A stretch of 64,000 bases of DNA from Pavona decussata (taxonomy: Eukaryota): NCBI GenBank assembly GCA_977016875.1, contig CDRNST010000104.1, positions 3,348,001 through 3,412,000 on the forward strand. Reading direction: 5' to 3'. A model generated the notes under the pieces. That model worked only from the letters and a program-made list of their open reading frames with translations. It had not been told where the DNA came from and did not search any database. Both the position numbers and the translations under genes were made by a program. Each line of letters begins with the position of its first letter. Position 1 is the stretch's first letter. This document shows, one piece after another, positions 49,654 through 62,800 of this stretch.

Positions 49654-50890
49654 CATCAGCAATACTTCTTTTTCTAAACACTACAAGTGTTAAGCTTTCG
49701 AAAGAGACCAAAATGAAACCATTTGGACAGGAATTCACAGATATATGAATTTTCGAGTGTGATAGTTCTGTTTGTTGTGAATAAATTTTGCGTTCGCGAG
49801 GTGCGGACACAAACAGCGCGCTTGGCGATTTCTTTTACAATTTCCATTCTACTTCGCTAACACTGTTTGATCTGTATACTAGAACATTTCAGTTAATTGC
49901 TGGATGCCTTAACTTTACTGTGCGAAACGAATGGAAGTCAAAATAATTTTTCGAAGTTATGAAGTATTAAGCTTCAGCGCTTGTCGAAAATTCGCCCGCA
50001 GCGACATTTCCTCTGATGTTTTGGAGCTTAAAAACGTTTTTTTTTTTTTTAATACAGCACATCAGCAATACATCCTTTTCTAAATACTGCAATTGTTAAG
50101 CTTTCGAAAGAGACCAAAATGAAACGATTTGGACACGAATTCGCAGATATGAATTTTCGAGTGTGATAGTTCTGTTTGTTGTGAATTAATTTTGCGTTCG
50201 CGAGGGACGGACACAAAAAGCGCGCTCTGCGATTTCTTTTACAATTTCGATTCTACTTCGCTAAGACTGTTTGATCTGTATACTAGAACAGTTAAGTTAT
50301 TTACCGGGTGATTTCTTTTTACTCGGCGAGAGGAATTGAAGTCAAAATAATACTTCAAAGTTACGAAGTCCCTAAGCGCTTTCAAAAAATTCGCCCGTTG
50401 TGACATTTCCTCTCGTGTTTACAAGGTTAAAAGCAGTTTTCTTTTATACATCACATCAGGAATGTTCCTTTTTCTATCCAGTGCATGTCTTAAGCTTTCG
50501 AAAGAGACCAAAATGAAACCATTTGAACACGAATTCGCAGAGATATGAATTTTCGCGTGTGATAATTATGTTTCTTCTGAATTAATTTTGCCTAAGCGAG
50601 GCGCGGACACAAACAACGCGCTCGGCGATTTCTGTTATAATTCCGATTGTACTTCGCTAACACTGTTTGATCTGAAGACTAGAACAATTTAATTAATTGC
50701 TGGATGCTTTCTTTTTACTCTGCCAAGCGAATTGAAGCCAAAATAATTTTTCAAAGTTATGAAGTCTTTAAGCGCTTTCGAAAAATTCGCCCGCAGCGAC
50801 ATTTCCTCTGTTGTTTTGAAGCTTAAAAACGTTTTTTTTAATATATAGCCCATCAGCAATACATCTTTTTCTAAACTCTATAAGTGTCTT
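49654..50890. repeat. ~400-bp tandem repeat, 3 copies plus a partial copy, inside the Kolobok-like element
   Basis: CATCAG(C/G)AAT...TAAGCTTTCGAAAGAGACCAAAATGAAAC recurs at ~49654, 50059 and 50453, with a partial copy at 50851. Confidence 0.9.
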
Positions 50891-51120
50891 AAGACCTATA
50901 GAAACGAAAGTAAGACGAAAGGATCGAATAAAGGGAAGAAATTGGTTTCACAACATTGGAAAATATACAAAGAATCGAAGATTTTCTCACCTTCCTATTG
51001 CTTCGGTCAGACTGAGGCACATCGACTGGGGCTCCAACGGCATGAATTGTTGGCCAGACAGTGAATCCCATCTCATCTTTTATTAAATGTGGCCAGGATG
51101 GTTTTACTTGGCCAGGTAAA

Positions 51121-51360
51121 TCACCCCCCAGTGCGGACCTGTCTTGTGAAACAGTCCTTCTCAAAATGAGCGGAGCAAATGTGAGAATATTCCGTCGGTT
51201 CCCACTTCGCACGCTTGAGTTTTGCAAAATCCACCCATCGTTTCTGTCTCTTCAAGGGAACGGGACGATCGTCACCATAATATGGTAGTAAATGGAGACC
51301 TTTCCCCTTTTCTAGATTTGGTTCGTTACCACAGCCTCCAACAACACATCGGGAAGGCAT
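51121..51360 (-). pseudogene. THAP zinc-finger domain (transposase N-terminus, truncated)
   Basis: MPSRCVVGGC...LP...RW...W.P...ICSAHFEKDCF matches the C2CH THAP signature. Confidence 0.85.
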
Positions 51361-53796
51361 ATTAAGTCATGTAATTGCAAAACATGAGTAGAAAGACTGG
51401 AAAGCGAACGATCCTTCGTCCCTGGCGTGACGTCACAGAGCAGCTCGATCCATTCCCCGCCAAAACACGGCCGCACAACAAAAATGGCGCGATTTTCAAA
51501 CCTTCGCTGAATCACCGAAAATCGAGGATTCAACCAAATCAAAAAATTTTTTCGCTGGAACACTTCAGAAAGAAAGTAGATTTATTTCGAACAAAAAAAA
51601 AATCTACCGTTAGGTGCACTTTAAGATGGCTCTATGCTAATCGTCGAACACTTTGGTGCATGGCCTTCAGAGAATCTTTGGCAGGTCATCACCACAACTC
51701 TTCAGTTATTTTATCACTTGCCTGTTTTATCAGACTTCAGGTTTATGTCACTGTGACATCCACATTAAAATATGAATACAAAGCTAACTATCAACTATTC
51801 GTGTCAGTTTTACAATAACAAGGACAGCTTATTTGTCAAAGTGTACTTATCTCGAACGTTTTATTTCGTAATTGAAGTTAAAAGGAGCAATTTCCTTCTT
51901 CCGTACAGATGAGAATGTGAAGTGAACCTTAATCAGTTTACCTACTGTTCTTTCAGTTTCCTACGATTACTTTTATTGAACGAAAATTGCAGTGTTCTAC
52001 TTCCTCTTTCGACTTGAATAACCTTATCGGATCTCTGAAGTCCTTAAGCTGCGCAAGTCCTTTAATCCACGAAATCATCCCAATTTCTGGTCCGAACGTT
52101 TGAGCTGTCCCTATGTCAAATCCTTGTCTATCAGAAAACTAGGAAAACGGCAAAAAAAAAAAATATACCCGACGTCCTTTGAATTGAATGCGTCTCAATT
52201 TCCCGCGAAAGCTGCTGGTTGGTGTCCCATGATTGCCAACCTCATTACATTGGCTATAAACAATATTTCTCGGCCAAAGAGTACGCTGTGAAATGTCACT
52301 GTTATGATAAAAAGTACTCGAAAGATGTACGCTTACAACGCAATAGTTCTTGATGAGTGATCTAATAAAGATCGTGAGAAATTAGTGTTAAGCATTAATT
52401 TAAACACGAATTATGAATTACAGTTAAGCTGATGTGGTCGTATAAATCGTAAAAAAGAGAAATCAAAATAACATTTAAAAATTGGTGTACAGTACAGTGG
52501 AACCCCGCTCTACGGAGACCCGCTTAACGGACACACGGATACTACGGACAGTTTCGTTTGTTCCAGCTCAGATATTCTCTCTAAAATTAACCCGCAACGG
52601 ACACTTTTCTGTGTCCCGAATGACCTACTCTCATACACCGTCAACCCCGCTTTGCGGACACAGTCACTGGTTATCTGCGCACTGTCTATTTTCATTGTCA
52701 CAATTTTGTGCTAATTGTAGATATTGTACCCTATTAAAAAAATAACAGATTTCTATGGGTTAACACGATTTTATTCCTAAAAATAATAGCAAAATTACAG
52801 GAAATGTGACATGTCTGCCTTTCTCCCTGTGTTCTGCCCTTGTACCGTAGTCCGTAAATAAAGTTTTCTGCCTACTATGCATGCACAAAAGTTTCTTTTC
52901 CTTGGCCTTTTGGTGTGAGTCATTGCTTGTAGTCTTCATCTTCCTCTTTAACGTCCTATGCTTGCCGTTATCAGCACCAGCCTTTGTTCGGAGGCTGATG
53001 CTGATAGAACTTCGACTCTGTTGTCGTGTTTCAAGAACAACAAAGTAGCTTTAGAACGAGACTGATTAATAGGTAAGGTTTCTTTGGTTTGAACTTGCTA
53101 CAGTTATGAAATTTAACAACTTCTTGTTGGCGTAAAAAACATCTGCTTTAATTTTTGTTCGATAAAACATGTGTCCGTCACGTTTCCCATGTTTTTCTGA
53201 GAGCTGGCTTAATACGGACACCCAGATAATACGTATACTGGTATAATTTTATACCAGTATACAGTATAAAATTAGCTTACAGCTAATTAGTACTGAGAAT
53301 TACGCGAACTTTCACCCTCATTCTCTTAGTATATTCTTGCTGTGTAACCTCTCTCCTAAATGCCCTAAACTAAATAAGTTGCGAGGGTTAGTGACCCCTG
53401 GGTAAAACGGAGTGGGAGGTAAACACATGTGCGTACAGAACACGTCATCTGGGGCCCCAAGGCCCCGCAAACGAACTCGAAAAAGAAGACTTTTATCTAT
53501 TTCTCCGTACCTTTCGAATGGATACACAAGGAGAAAAGCATGGTTTAAAAGAAAATATTTCTTTTTTCTTCCTAAATAGAGCAAAACAGTTTTAAACCCA
53601 AGAACAAGTCATCGCTTAATTCCTTGTAAATAATGTCTTTAATGTAGTTTATCAAGAAAATCCTTCAAGTCAGGATGTAGATCTCCTGCTCAGTTCAGAG
53701 GGGAGCACCTCCGCATCTCACTTATTTTCGCCTTCTGAAAGCCATATGTTTCATAGCAATTTTAGTTACTTTTTAGGTTTTAGTTATTCATAAGTA

Positions 53797-53799
53797 AAA

Positions 53800-53854
<55 letters not shown>

Positions 53855-53855
53855 A
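53797..53855. repeat. (AAAT)n microsatellite
   Basis: Tetranucleotide repeat. Confidence 0.95.
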
Positions 53856-53998
53856 AAGAATATTTGAGTTATATCTCTAAAATCGTTATTTCCCCGCAAA
53901 AATGTGTAAACTGCTACCGCGCGTGTTTCTCTGTTTCCCGCTTTCTTCGTGCTTTTAGAAGTCATCCTGTTTTAGTAAATTGCCTTTCATTTACAAAG

Positions 53999-54740
53999 AT
54001 GAAAACACGTGAGACAGCTTATACACGAGCACAAAACTCGATTTTGATGTCCTCCGGGATATCGATTCAGTAAACGTCAAAGATATTACAGAGAAGCGAG
54101 CGCTAGGGGAAAAAATGGTCAGGTCATGAAGGTTTTGAAGACAAACCAAGAACGGGAAGACCAGCTGTTCTAAACAGAACCAACAAAGCACTTATCGAGA
54201 AAGCGAAGTATAAACGAGGTAACACCACTAGAAAGATTACCACATAGCTATCGAGCAAATGCCTGGCTGGTTCTACAGTACCAGTGTGGCGATACCCGAA
54301 AGTATAAGAAACAGGATAGAAACCTTTCAGACGTCAAAAGAAACCACTTTTGATTGATGAACAACGAAAAGATCGTTTGTAATCAATCTTTTCACAGATG
54401 AATATCCTTAGTACGTTTTTCAGTTACATGTACCGAAGCCAAAGAACGATGTGGTCTGGGGTTCTCAAGAAATCCATGTACCACCAGCATACCCAGTGAA
54501 AGAAAGTGCAAAATGGATCATTTGGGGTTGAGTGACAGGCTGCGGCTTAACAAACCTTCACTTTGTTCCACATGGGTAAACTTTAACAGCTAACTATCAC
54601 ATTAACAAAGAATGATTTTATTAGAAGATGGAGCACCGACTAACACAGCTAAGGTTACTGATACATGGTGGTGTAGAACCTTGCCCAATTTTATAAAAAT
54701 AATGGAGGGGGGCTGCTAATCCACCGACCTTAGCTCTATC
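53999..54740 (+). pseudogene. Tc1/mariner transposase pseudogene
   Basis: Broken translation reads FEDKPRTGRP..L, KKPLL...QRKDRL, FFTDE, WIIWG, EDGAP.NTAK, W..NP, with multiple stops and frameshifts. Confidence 0.8.
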
Positions 54741-57700
54741 TCTATACCGGCAGCGGGTGAAGGGGGTGGGGGGCGGATTCAGTGCACGCAGCGATTTTGA
54801 ACCTGAATAACTTGTTTAACAGAGACCACGAGACTTCAGTTATTGTTCACTGCAATTGAAAATCTTTCAATACTTTTTTTAAAATTTTACTGTACATGTC
54901 TGTTACAGTTTGCGTTTCGGCCATGGACTCAAATTTGAAAGCAATAATTTTATAAGAACAACAACAACAATTTATCTGGGAAAAGTTTGATATGGTCATT
55001 TAATGTTAATTGTCTTTGATGTTACCGTGGCAACCAATTCTTAACAGGCAGTTTTTAGAGAAATTGAAAATCCCTTTTCTATAGTGAAGAAAAATTACTT
55101 TTGTTATTGTACATTTTGTGTGTTTAGCTCATATAGTGTTCTTTTATTGATTTTGATAACTTTTTGCTTAATTTCGTCGCTTTCGACCTGGCAGTTCAAT
55201 ATTTTTCCTCTGTTCAAAATGGAAAAACAACTTGAATGTATGTTCAACGCTTTTTAGTTCTTAAGAGCGTCTGTCTGTAAATATCAGACCACACGCAGCC
55301 CAAGCTCAATTTAAGAGAACCTTTGAATTATAAGGATTTGTATGAGAATACATCAGATTTGTGTAAAATAGTGGAAACTAAAATTGTTTTGCCAATAAAG
55401 TCAACTTCCCCTGCTGCTTCTTGTATTCTTTGTCATTTACCAGCTTTTGAAGGCGATTCGAAGCGATTTCGGCGAGTTAGCGTCATTCGGGTTTCCACTG
55501 CTTTGTGAAACTCAAGCCGGAACACTGTTTCAGCCATGCCCGAAGCGCGAAACGGAATAAATACGTTCAAATCATCCCTAGTGTGCCAATTCCTTCATAT
55601 AATCAAAGTAGAGATGTATACCTATCCTGCCAGCGCCATTCTGACTCAATTAAAGTCGTATCACGTTTGCTAGAAATATTTTCTTTCAAGTCAGCTCGCT
55701 TCTGACATTTCGAAAGAACCGCGGCAAGAACGCCATGGACACTTTGAACGTTTTAAGAGCACACTGGGTAACAAAGGTTCCCTGGCACGGATGGTCAGCG
55801 GCCAGTTGTCGACAGGCAAAAAGATTTGTTCCTGAGGTCCCCTCGTGTCCTTTTTGGCAAGACCAGAAGCTTAATCGATTTGAAGGTTTCGCGCATGGTG
55901 AAAGTTAATTTTATTCACGAAGTACTTTTACTACAATGAATTGTATGCCTTCGAAATTAAATTATTTTGCATACACAGAATAAAGCAATGTTTCCCCAAA
56001 TCATTCCAACAGATATTTAGAGATTGTAAAAAAAGATTTGAGTGTTTTAAAGGCAGTAGAATGATTTGTTTTCGCACGCGCGGCTCTCACACTAATGTAA
56101 TAATTTAGCGCCTCAAATGATGATTTTAACGGATTTTCGTTATTTGCATTTTTCTTTGAAATAAAAGGATATTTCACCGAAAAAACTATACGTGATTCTA
56201 GTTATATCCTAGCCTAGCTAACATTAAAATATGAAAGAGATCGAATTTTCCACCCTTGCCGCGATATGTTGAATTTGATTTTTACGGACAGGCCCTCCTA
56301 GAAAGCGGTTAAAATTCAAACCCGCTGTCAGCCATTTTGCTTTCATTCAATTTTGGCGCTTTTTCCGTTGTTTCCATGACAGCGTCAGTATTGCACTCAA
56401 TATAATAGAGGTGCACTTTATAAACTAATTGAGATTTGCATCCGCCTTTGACCAATTAGAAACTTCATATTTTGTTCAGAACAATATAATTGCTAATAAT
56501 AAACTAAATTATAGCGCTGATTAAATTGAGTGTTTTGGCCGAAATTATTTTTACAAACAATGTGAATGAAAAATTGACCATTAGGTTTAATCCCGCTCAT
56601 TCCCTTCTAGTCTTCGAGGGCCATTAAATGAGGATTTTACGCGTGCCAAGCAAGACCCAGTTTGTAAACTACAACTGTAAACGTTTTATTAAATTGGCCC
56701 CTGTATTCATTTGTTGCCTGGGTGCGAGGCAAATGAACGACCTTTGCTACAAGAAACACTGTATCGCAACCCAAGGTTTTGGACACTTTTCATGAAAGCA
56801 TGAAATCGTATACTAAAACTTATAAGTGGCAGATTTTTAAAAATGAAACAGCAATTCACGTCGGGCCTGCTGTACATGAAATAACTATAACGCATTCTTG
56901 GTTACTTACTGTTTGGTGTACGGAGCACCCAGGTCATGATCAATTTATTGCGTTACTAGGCGCTTAAATAAGTATTTTTTACTAAATATACCAGTGTGTT
57001 ACCAATAAAATGGCAAAACGTTGACAGAGTGAAGAACATACAACCCATTTAAATCAAAAATTTTACTTTATTTTCGATATGTTAAAATTAAAAATAACTG
57101 ATAAATACTTGTTGTTGTGCATGGATAGCGTCGATGAGTCATTTTGTAGATGATTAGAAAACATCAAATAACCTCCACAAAGCTTTGCTTCTTTTAACGA
57201 TACAAAATAAAAATAATCCATGTCTTCTTCCTACTTGATTTCTTATAGGATGGAACTTTTTTTCTTTATCTGCGATAACCTGCAACAATAAGATACGTTT
57301 GTTTGTTTATTTATTTATTATGTACTGATTTAATGAAAAATAAAGGTAGAAAATGGATTCCAAGCCCCCTAAAAGGCTTTCGGTGGCTCTTTGCCATTTC
57401 TTAAGTTTTCGCTGGTAGTGATAGATATTTTTCTTGATGTTATGGTTCTTTCAGCCCTGTGAAAATATCTGGTTTCAAACATAGTTTCGAGTACCTAGGT
57501 CCTTGTGCTTTCTAAAAAACACTGTTACAACTGTAAACCCCGTTTCCATGGCAACCAGAAGATGATACATCTTTTAATTCCTTCACTCCTAGCTAGTTTC
57601 AAAACGGGTTTGTCCGAATTTCGCGCGGTAAAATTTCGCTTTTTTGTGTGAAGAAGAGAGAAACTCCAAAGTATCTCCTCGTAAAGACAAAACAATTCTG

Positions 57701-58439
57701 TACATAGGTTTTGGCCAATTTCGGCAATTTTCGTTTTTGCCATTTATTGCAGTTGTCCTTGCATAATTGTCCCTAAGATTTTTTGGAGTACAAATACCAG
57801 CTAAATCATAACATTGAGCCAAGTTTCAGAAAAAATCACCGTGGAAAACACGTCAACACAGCCTTACTTTTCAGCCTAAAACAAACTTGATTTGTGCGCC
57901 AGTATAATTAACACTCCCATATCAGTTAAAAAACTGCGCGCGCTCGCGCCAATTTAGTACCCATCTGCCGCGCGCCAAATAACTGTATGGAGTCACCTTA
58001 AGTCCAAGAATACCCAACTCCCAGTTAAAAACATCCTCAGGAATTGAATATGTCCTTGTACGCACTTGTAAAACAAGGGCCCTAAGCTTGAATTGTCCCC
58101 AAAACCAAACTAACCACTCAGGCGATCACAACAGCCACAAGACAACCCAAGGGAACAAAAAAAAAAAAAGGGTCAACGTGGGACGTACGATGAATGCGCA
58201 ACTACGAAATTAAAATTTAAGGCTATTCTTCCTAGAATCTTCAGACATAGTGACGAAGCAAATCTTTTCGAGATTCCAAATGGCAAACAAGAAGTATAGA
58301 ACACGAGGGGCCCCATTCCTCGCATTTTATTTTGACATTTGCCGTCCCCACTATCTGAACAGAACTGAACAGTTATGACTTAGCTTATTTGTCTCCATTA
58401 AGCTGGTCGTTAGTCTTACCTGTAAAGGATTGATTTTGT

Positions 58440-59804
58440 TTATTTGTTTGGCATTTTTGATCTCTTGATGTTTCCAAAGGGGCCAAATGGCTGACCTTGC
58501 GGCATATTTGAGCGGCCAAGAGCCAGCGCCCCAATGGCTGGTCCTCCAACGTGTACTGAAATGGTGACAAAAGATCGTTTCAAAATCAGTTATGAAAAGA
58601 AAAGTAAGCTCTAGTGATTATATCTTTCAATAGCATCACGTCTAAAATTCAGTTTTTTCTTGCTTTTGTGTTTGTCTGTCGTGTGAGTTTGCACCATCTT
58701 TACGACCTGTAACCTATTAATTTGACACTTGGCTGTCTGGCTCCGCTAGCCCCCCTGATTATTCCAGGATGCCAGTACTTTAATTTAATTTCTTAAATAC
58801 TATTAATTATTGTTAGACAAGAGTTCAAATAATTCAGTTGCCGTTGTGGTTAGAAAATCGTTTATTAAGTACATTAAGCATTAGCACTAACAAATGGGCC
58901 ATAAATAAATCAAGTAGCTTGTTTTATTGAACATAAAGGGTTTTCTTATCAAACGTGTGTAGTCTTTGAATCAAGGTATACATGAGGTTGCAATGGACCC
59001 ATCTACTGCAGTTTTTATTTTGATCTAAATTGAGTGATGCCCAGAGGTAGTCGAAGTTTACTCACTTCGCAACTTATTCTCAAAATGTTTGATATTAAAC
59101 AAATTAGATGTTTAAGATCCTCAAGAAATTACAAAAGTTACGTAATGGTATTGTTTTCGTTTACAATTTAAAAGTTAAAATCGTCAGCCATTTAAGAAAC
59201 TTTAAGAAATTTTGATCTTTAAGTTAAGTTCAATCCACATTACACCCAACATCGAATTAACACCGCTAAATAAATACATCTTATAAACAGTTTCTACGTA
59301 CATCCGGGTAACACGGGAAGAGCAGCGGGCACAGCTGCTGGCAGAGAGGCGTATGATGGTATAGCAGCGACTGGATGAGAAACTGGTGCAAACAGTGGGG
59401 AATGGTACGAGGCAGGGAGAGAAAGCGGGGCGACAGCAGACGGTAATGCGGCCGGTATAGCGGCAGGAAGCGCTAATGGACCAGCTCCTAGTGCACCAAA
59501 CGGCGCCATCACTTGTCGCTTTTGTTTTCCTCGTTTCTGAGCAATGCTGTTTTTAACATCGAAGCTCGACACTGCGTGGCCAGGGAATCCGATGCTGGTG
59601 AATCCAGGATGTGTGATGGGGTGACCATAAGGTGCAGCATATCCCCAGCCACCGTGTCCATGACCATATCCATGGTATCCACCATGTCCCCATCCCCAGC
59701 GTTTAAAGCCCTTTTGGTTTACCTTTGGAATACTAGAGCGATAGACGGAGGTCCCGGTAACGCCACCTACTCCATGATACCCAGCTAGACCTAATCAAAC
59801 AAAT

Positions 59805-59857
<53 letters not shown>

Positions 59858-62800
59858 CTAGTCAGTCAGTCAGTCAGTCAGTCAGCCATTCAGTCAGCGC
59901 ACTGATTCAAAATATATTAACACTTTCCCTTTAAGACCAAAGACGGAAGTCTGTGAAAGATATATTGTTGGACAGGCTCCTTTCCTCTTCCTCTTCAGCA
60001 ACAAAACTTTACTTAAAACTTTGTACTAACTGCATCACGGCAATACCATTTTAATGTTAGGAGATTAATGTAATTATGTTTGCAATGCATTTTAATTAAT
60101 ACGTGAAAAGTTCAATTAAGTTTTATTTTTATCTTAAAGATGACCAAAGATGATAGTTCTATAACACTACCTCCCATTCCACCAAATCCGTATCCAAGAC
60201 GGTAGTTGTCTCCGCTAGCATATCCATATCCTAGATGAATAGTTTGCTTTTTGCTTTGCGCATTATCTTCTGCTCCAGGTATCTCTTCACGGGTGTTCGG
60301 CTTAACATCTTTACTTTTCCGTGGAACGCCTGTTCGGGCATACCAAAATGGGTATCCATAACCAAACCCATATCCCGGATATCCCAAACCTAAGCCGTAA
60401 CCCCCAAGTCCGAAGCCGCCATGACCCCAACCACCAAGGTATCCTCCATATCCGAATCCAGGGTAACCACCACCAAATCCGCAGCCACCACAACCCCCAC
60501 AACCCCCACAGCCCCCACAACCTCCACAACCTCCAAAGCCAATTCCGCATCGCTTGGATGTTTTTCCTGTGACCCCTGGTTGATCTTGAGATGCTGACGC
60601 TACTGGAGCTGACTGTCCAGGTTTCGCAACAGCAGGAGCATGAGGAGCAGCGGCAGCGACACTAACAGCTGGAGCAGGACCAGGCTTCACAGATAATGGT
60701 TCAGCCTCCTTTGCAGATTTCCCACCAGCAGCACTATCAGAAGAGCCAGGTTGTTGGGAGCCCACATTAGATTTACAACATCCTGCATTGAAGAAAGTCC
60801 ATGGACCATTGAAAGCTGGTCCTCCACCGTAGCCCAAACCACAACCTCCACAACCGCCACCATAACCTCCTAATGCCCCACAGCCTCCGCATCCACCATA
60901 GCCTCCCCAGCCTCCACCATAGCCTCCCCAAGGTAGGCCACATCCACCCCAGTTCCAGTCACCAATTCCACATCCTAGGTCTCCGAATCCTCCACATCCT
61001 CCAAATCCTCCACATCCCCCATATCCCCCACAACCATCCCAGAATCCGCAGCGTTTACTCGCCCTCTCTTCTTTCTTGCCAGCACCAGGAGTTGATTTGC
61101 CATCTTGAGCAGACTGAGGACTATCGTTAGGTTTATCTGATTGTTTTTGTTGACCTTTTTCATTTTTGGCCAACTTAGATCTGAACAAACAACAGCCACC
61201 CCCACATCCCCCACAACCACCTCCACATCCCCCACAACCACCTCCACATCCCCCACAGCCACCTCCACATCCTCCACAACCACCGCAGCCACAACCTCCA
61301 TAACCATGTCCCCCCCATGCTCCATGCCCGAATCCCAAACTAGCAATGCCGCAATCACCACAGCATCCTCCGTGACCACATCCGCCACCACACCCACAAC
61401 CGCCACATCCTCCACAACCACCAAACCAGTCGCAGTGTCCCAAATCACCATACCAGTCTCCATGACAACCACATCCACCGTGACCGTACCATCCCCCGCC
61501 ACAGCCGCAGCCACCGTAGCCACCGCAACCACCGCAACCACCGCAACCACCGCAACCACCACAACCACATCCACAGCCACCGCATCGTTTAGTTTGCTTC
61601 TTGCTTCCGTTTTGAGCACTCCTCTTAGCCTTATTTTCCTTAGAAATCTTTGACTTTCCACAGCCTGAGGCACAACCGCAACAGCCGCCCATTGAAGTGC
61701 ATCCACAGTCAGTTGGCGTAAGGAGCTGTTTTCAACAAAATAAAGGCAATATCAAGTCACGAGAATAAATGTAGGAAAGCCTTTAAGGGCACTTAACACA
61801 AAAAATGTTCAGACTCGTCAATACCTTTAACCCGATATGATTACTCTGTTCTTAACTTTACGCATGGTTTGATAACCATTCCTAATGTCAGAATTTACAA
61901 AACAAAAATCAAAAGTCAATTCTCACAGAATCCACTCGGGTCTTCTTAAAACCTCTCAACACGCTGCTAGATAAAGAAAAGTAACTATTCAGGATAAAAG
62001 ATATTATTGAGCAAAGAGAAACTGCTCTTTACGTAGTTTCGTGTTGCAAAAAAAATCTTCTATGCCATATATTTAAACGGATAGTAATACAGCAATCTAG
62101 AGATCCGTTCAAACCAGTTCAAGAAGCACAAAAGTAGCACCAAAACCAGTAAACATCGGGTTTTCGAATTTGTATTTAGGAAATGTTTCATAAAGTAAAC
62201 GATCTTTAGTTTTGTAACGAGCCGGATATCTCACCACCTGGACTTTTCACCCTCGTGACAACCTTTACTGTTATGCATATATATCTTTTTTGCAAATGTA
62301 TTCCACGAGTTGTCGTGGATATGGAATGATTCGGTGACAGAGGGATTGAAAAAAAAAAAAAAAAAAAGCAGACACGTGTATACATTGGCTTCCATACGCT
62401 CATCAACGATCGCTCAGTTTTCTTGAAAAAGGACTGGTTATCAGTGATAATATGGAGCAAAACTCATCCTCATCATCCTACATTTTGCTTATCTTCTCAG
62501 GCTAACAGTATAAAAACACCCAAGGAGGAAAAGCGCGAAACTTGAAATTTTGTGCGATATAAATTACCTAAATATATCTATAACAAAACATCTATAACAA
62601 AACAAAACAAAACAGCGCGAGAAAATAAAATACGTTTCGGCAGCTTTCATTTGAATTGTTAGATCAACACTCTAAAAGGGTTTAGAGTGGAATGGAAGAA
62701 AGGGCTAAAAGTGTATTACAAACAGAACGATTGGCTTTATTTCATCTCTTATTTTCAGGTTTTGCTGTCAGTTAGGCAGGTAGTACCCGCAACTTAAGCG

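Larger units (their letters stand above)
49118..51620. mobile_element. Kolobok-like DNA transposon, internally deleted
   Basis: TTAA|AGTGCACCTAAC ... GTTAGGTGCACT|TTAA, with imperfect TIRs over 100 bp. It has a minus-strand THAP ORF at the right end and a convergent acidic ORF remnant (...YTDEPRADPE) at ~49405-49640, which fits the two-gene Kolobok layout. Confidence 0.8.

Noticed and set aside
49654-50890. CRISPR-like array
   Set aside because: Eukaryotic context; the units are ~400-bp full tandem repeats with no unique spacers.
60975-61706. Val/Ala-rich and Thr-rich (mucin-like) overlapping ORFs
   Set aside because: Alternative frames or antisense of the GGC repeat exon.
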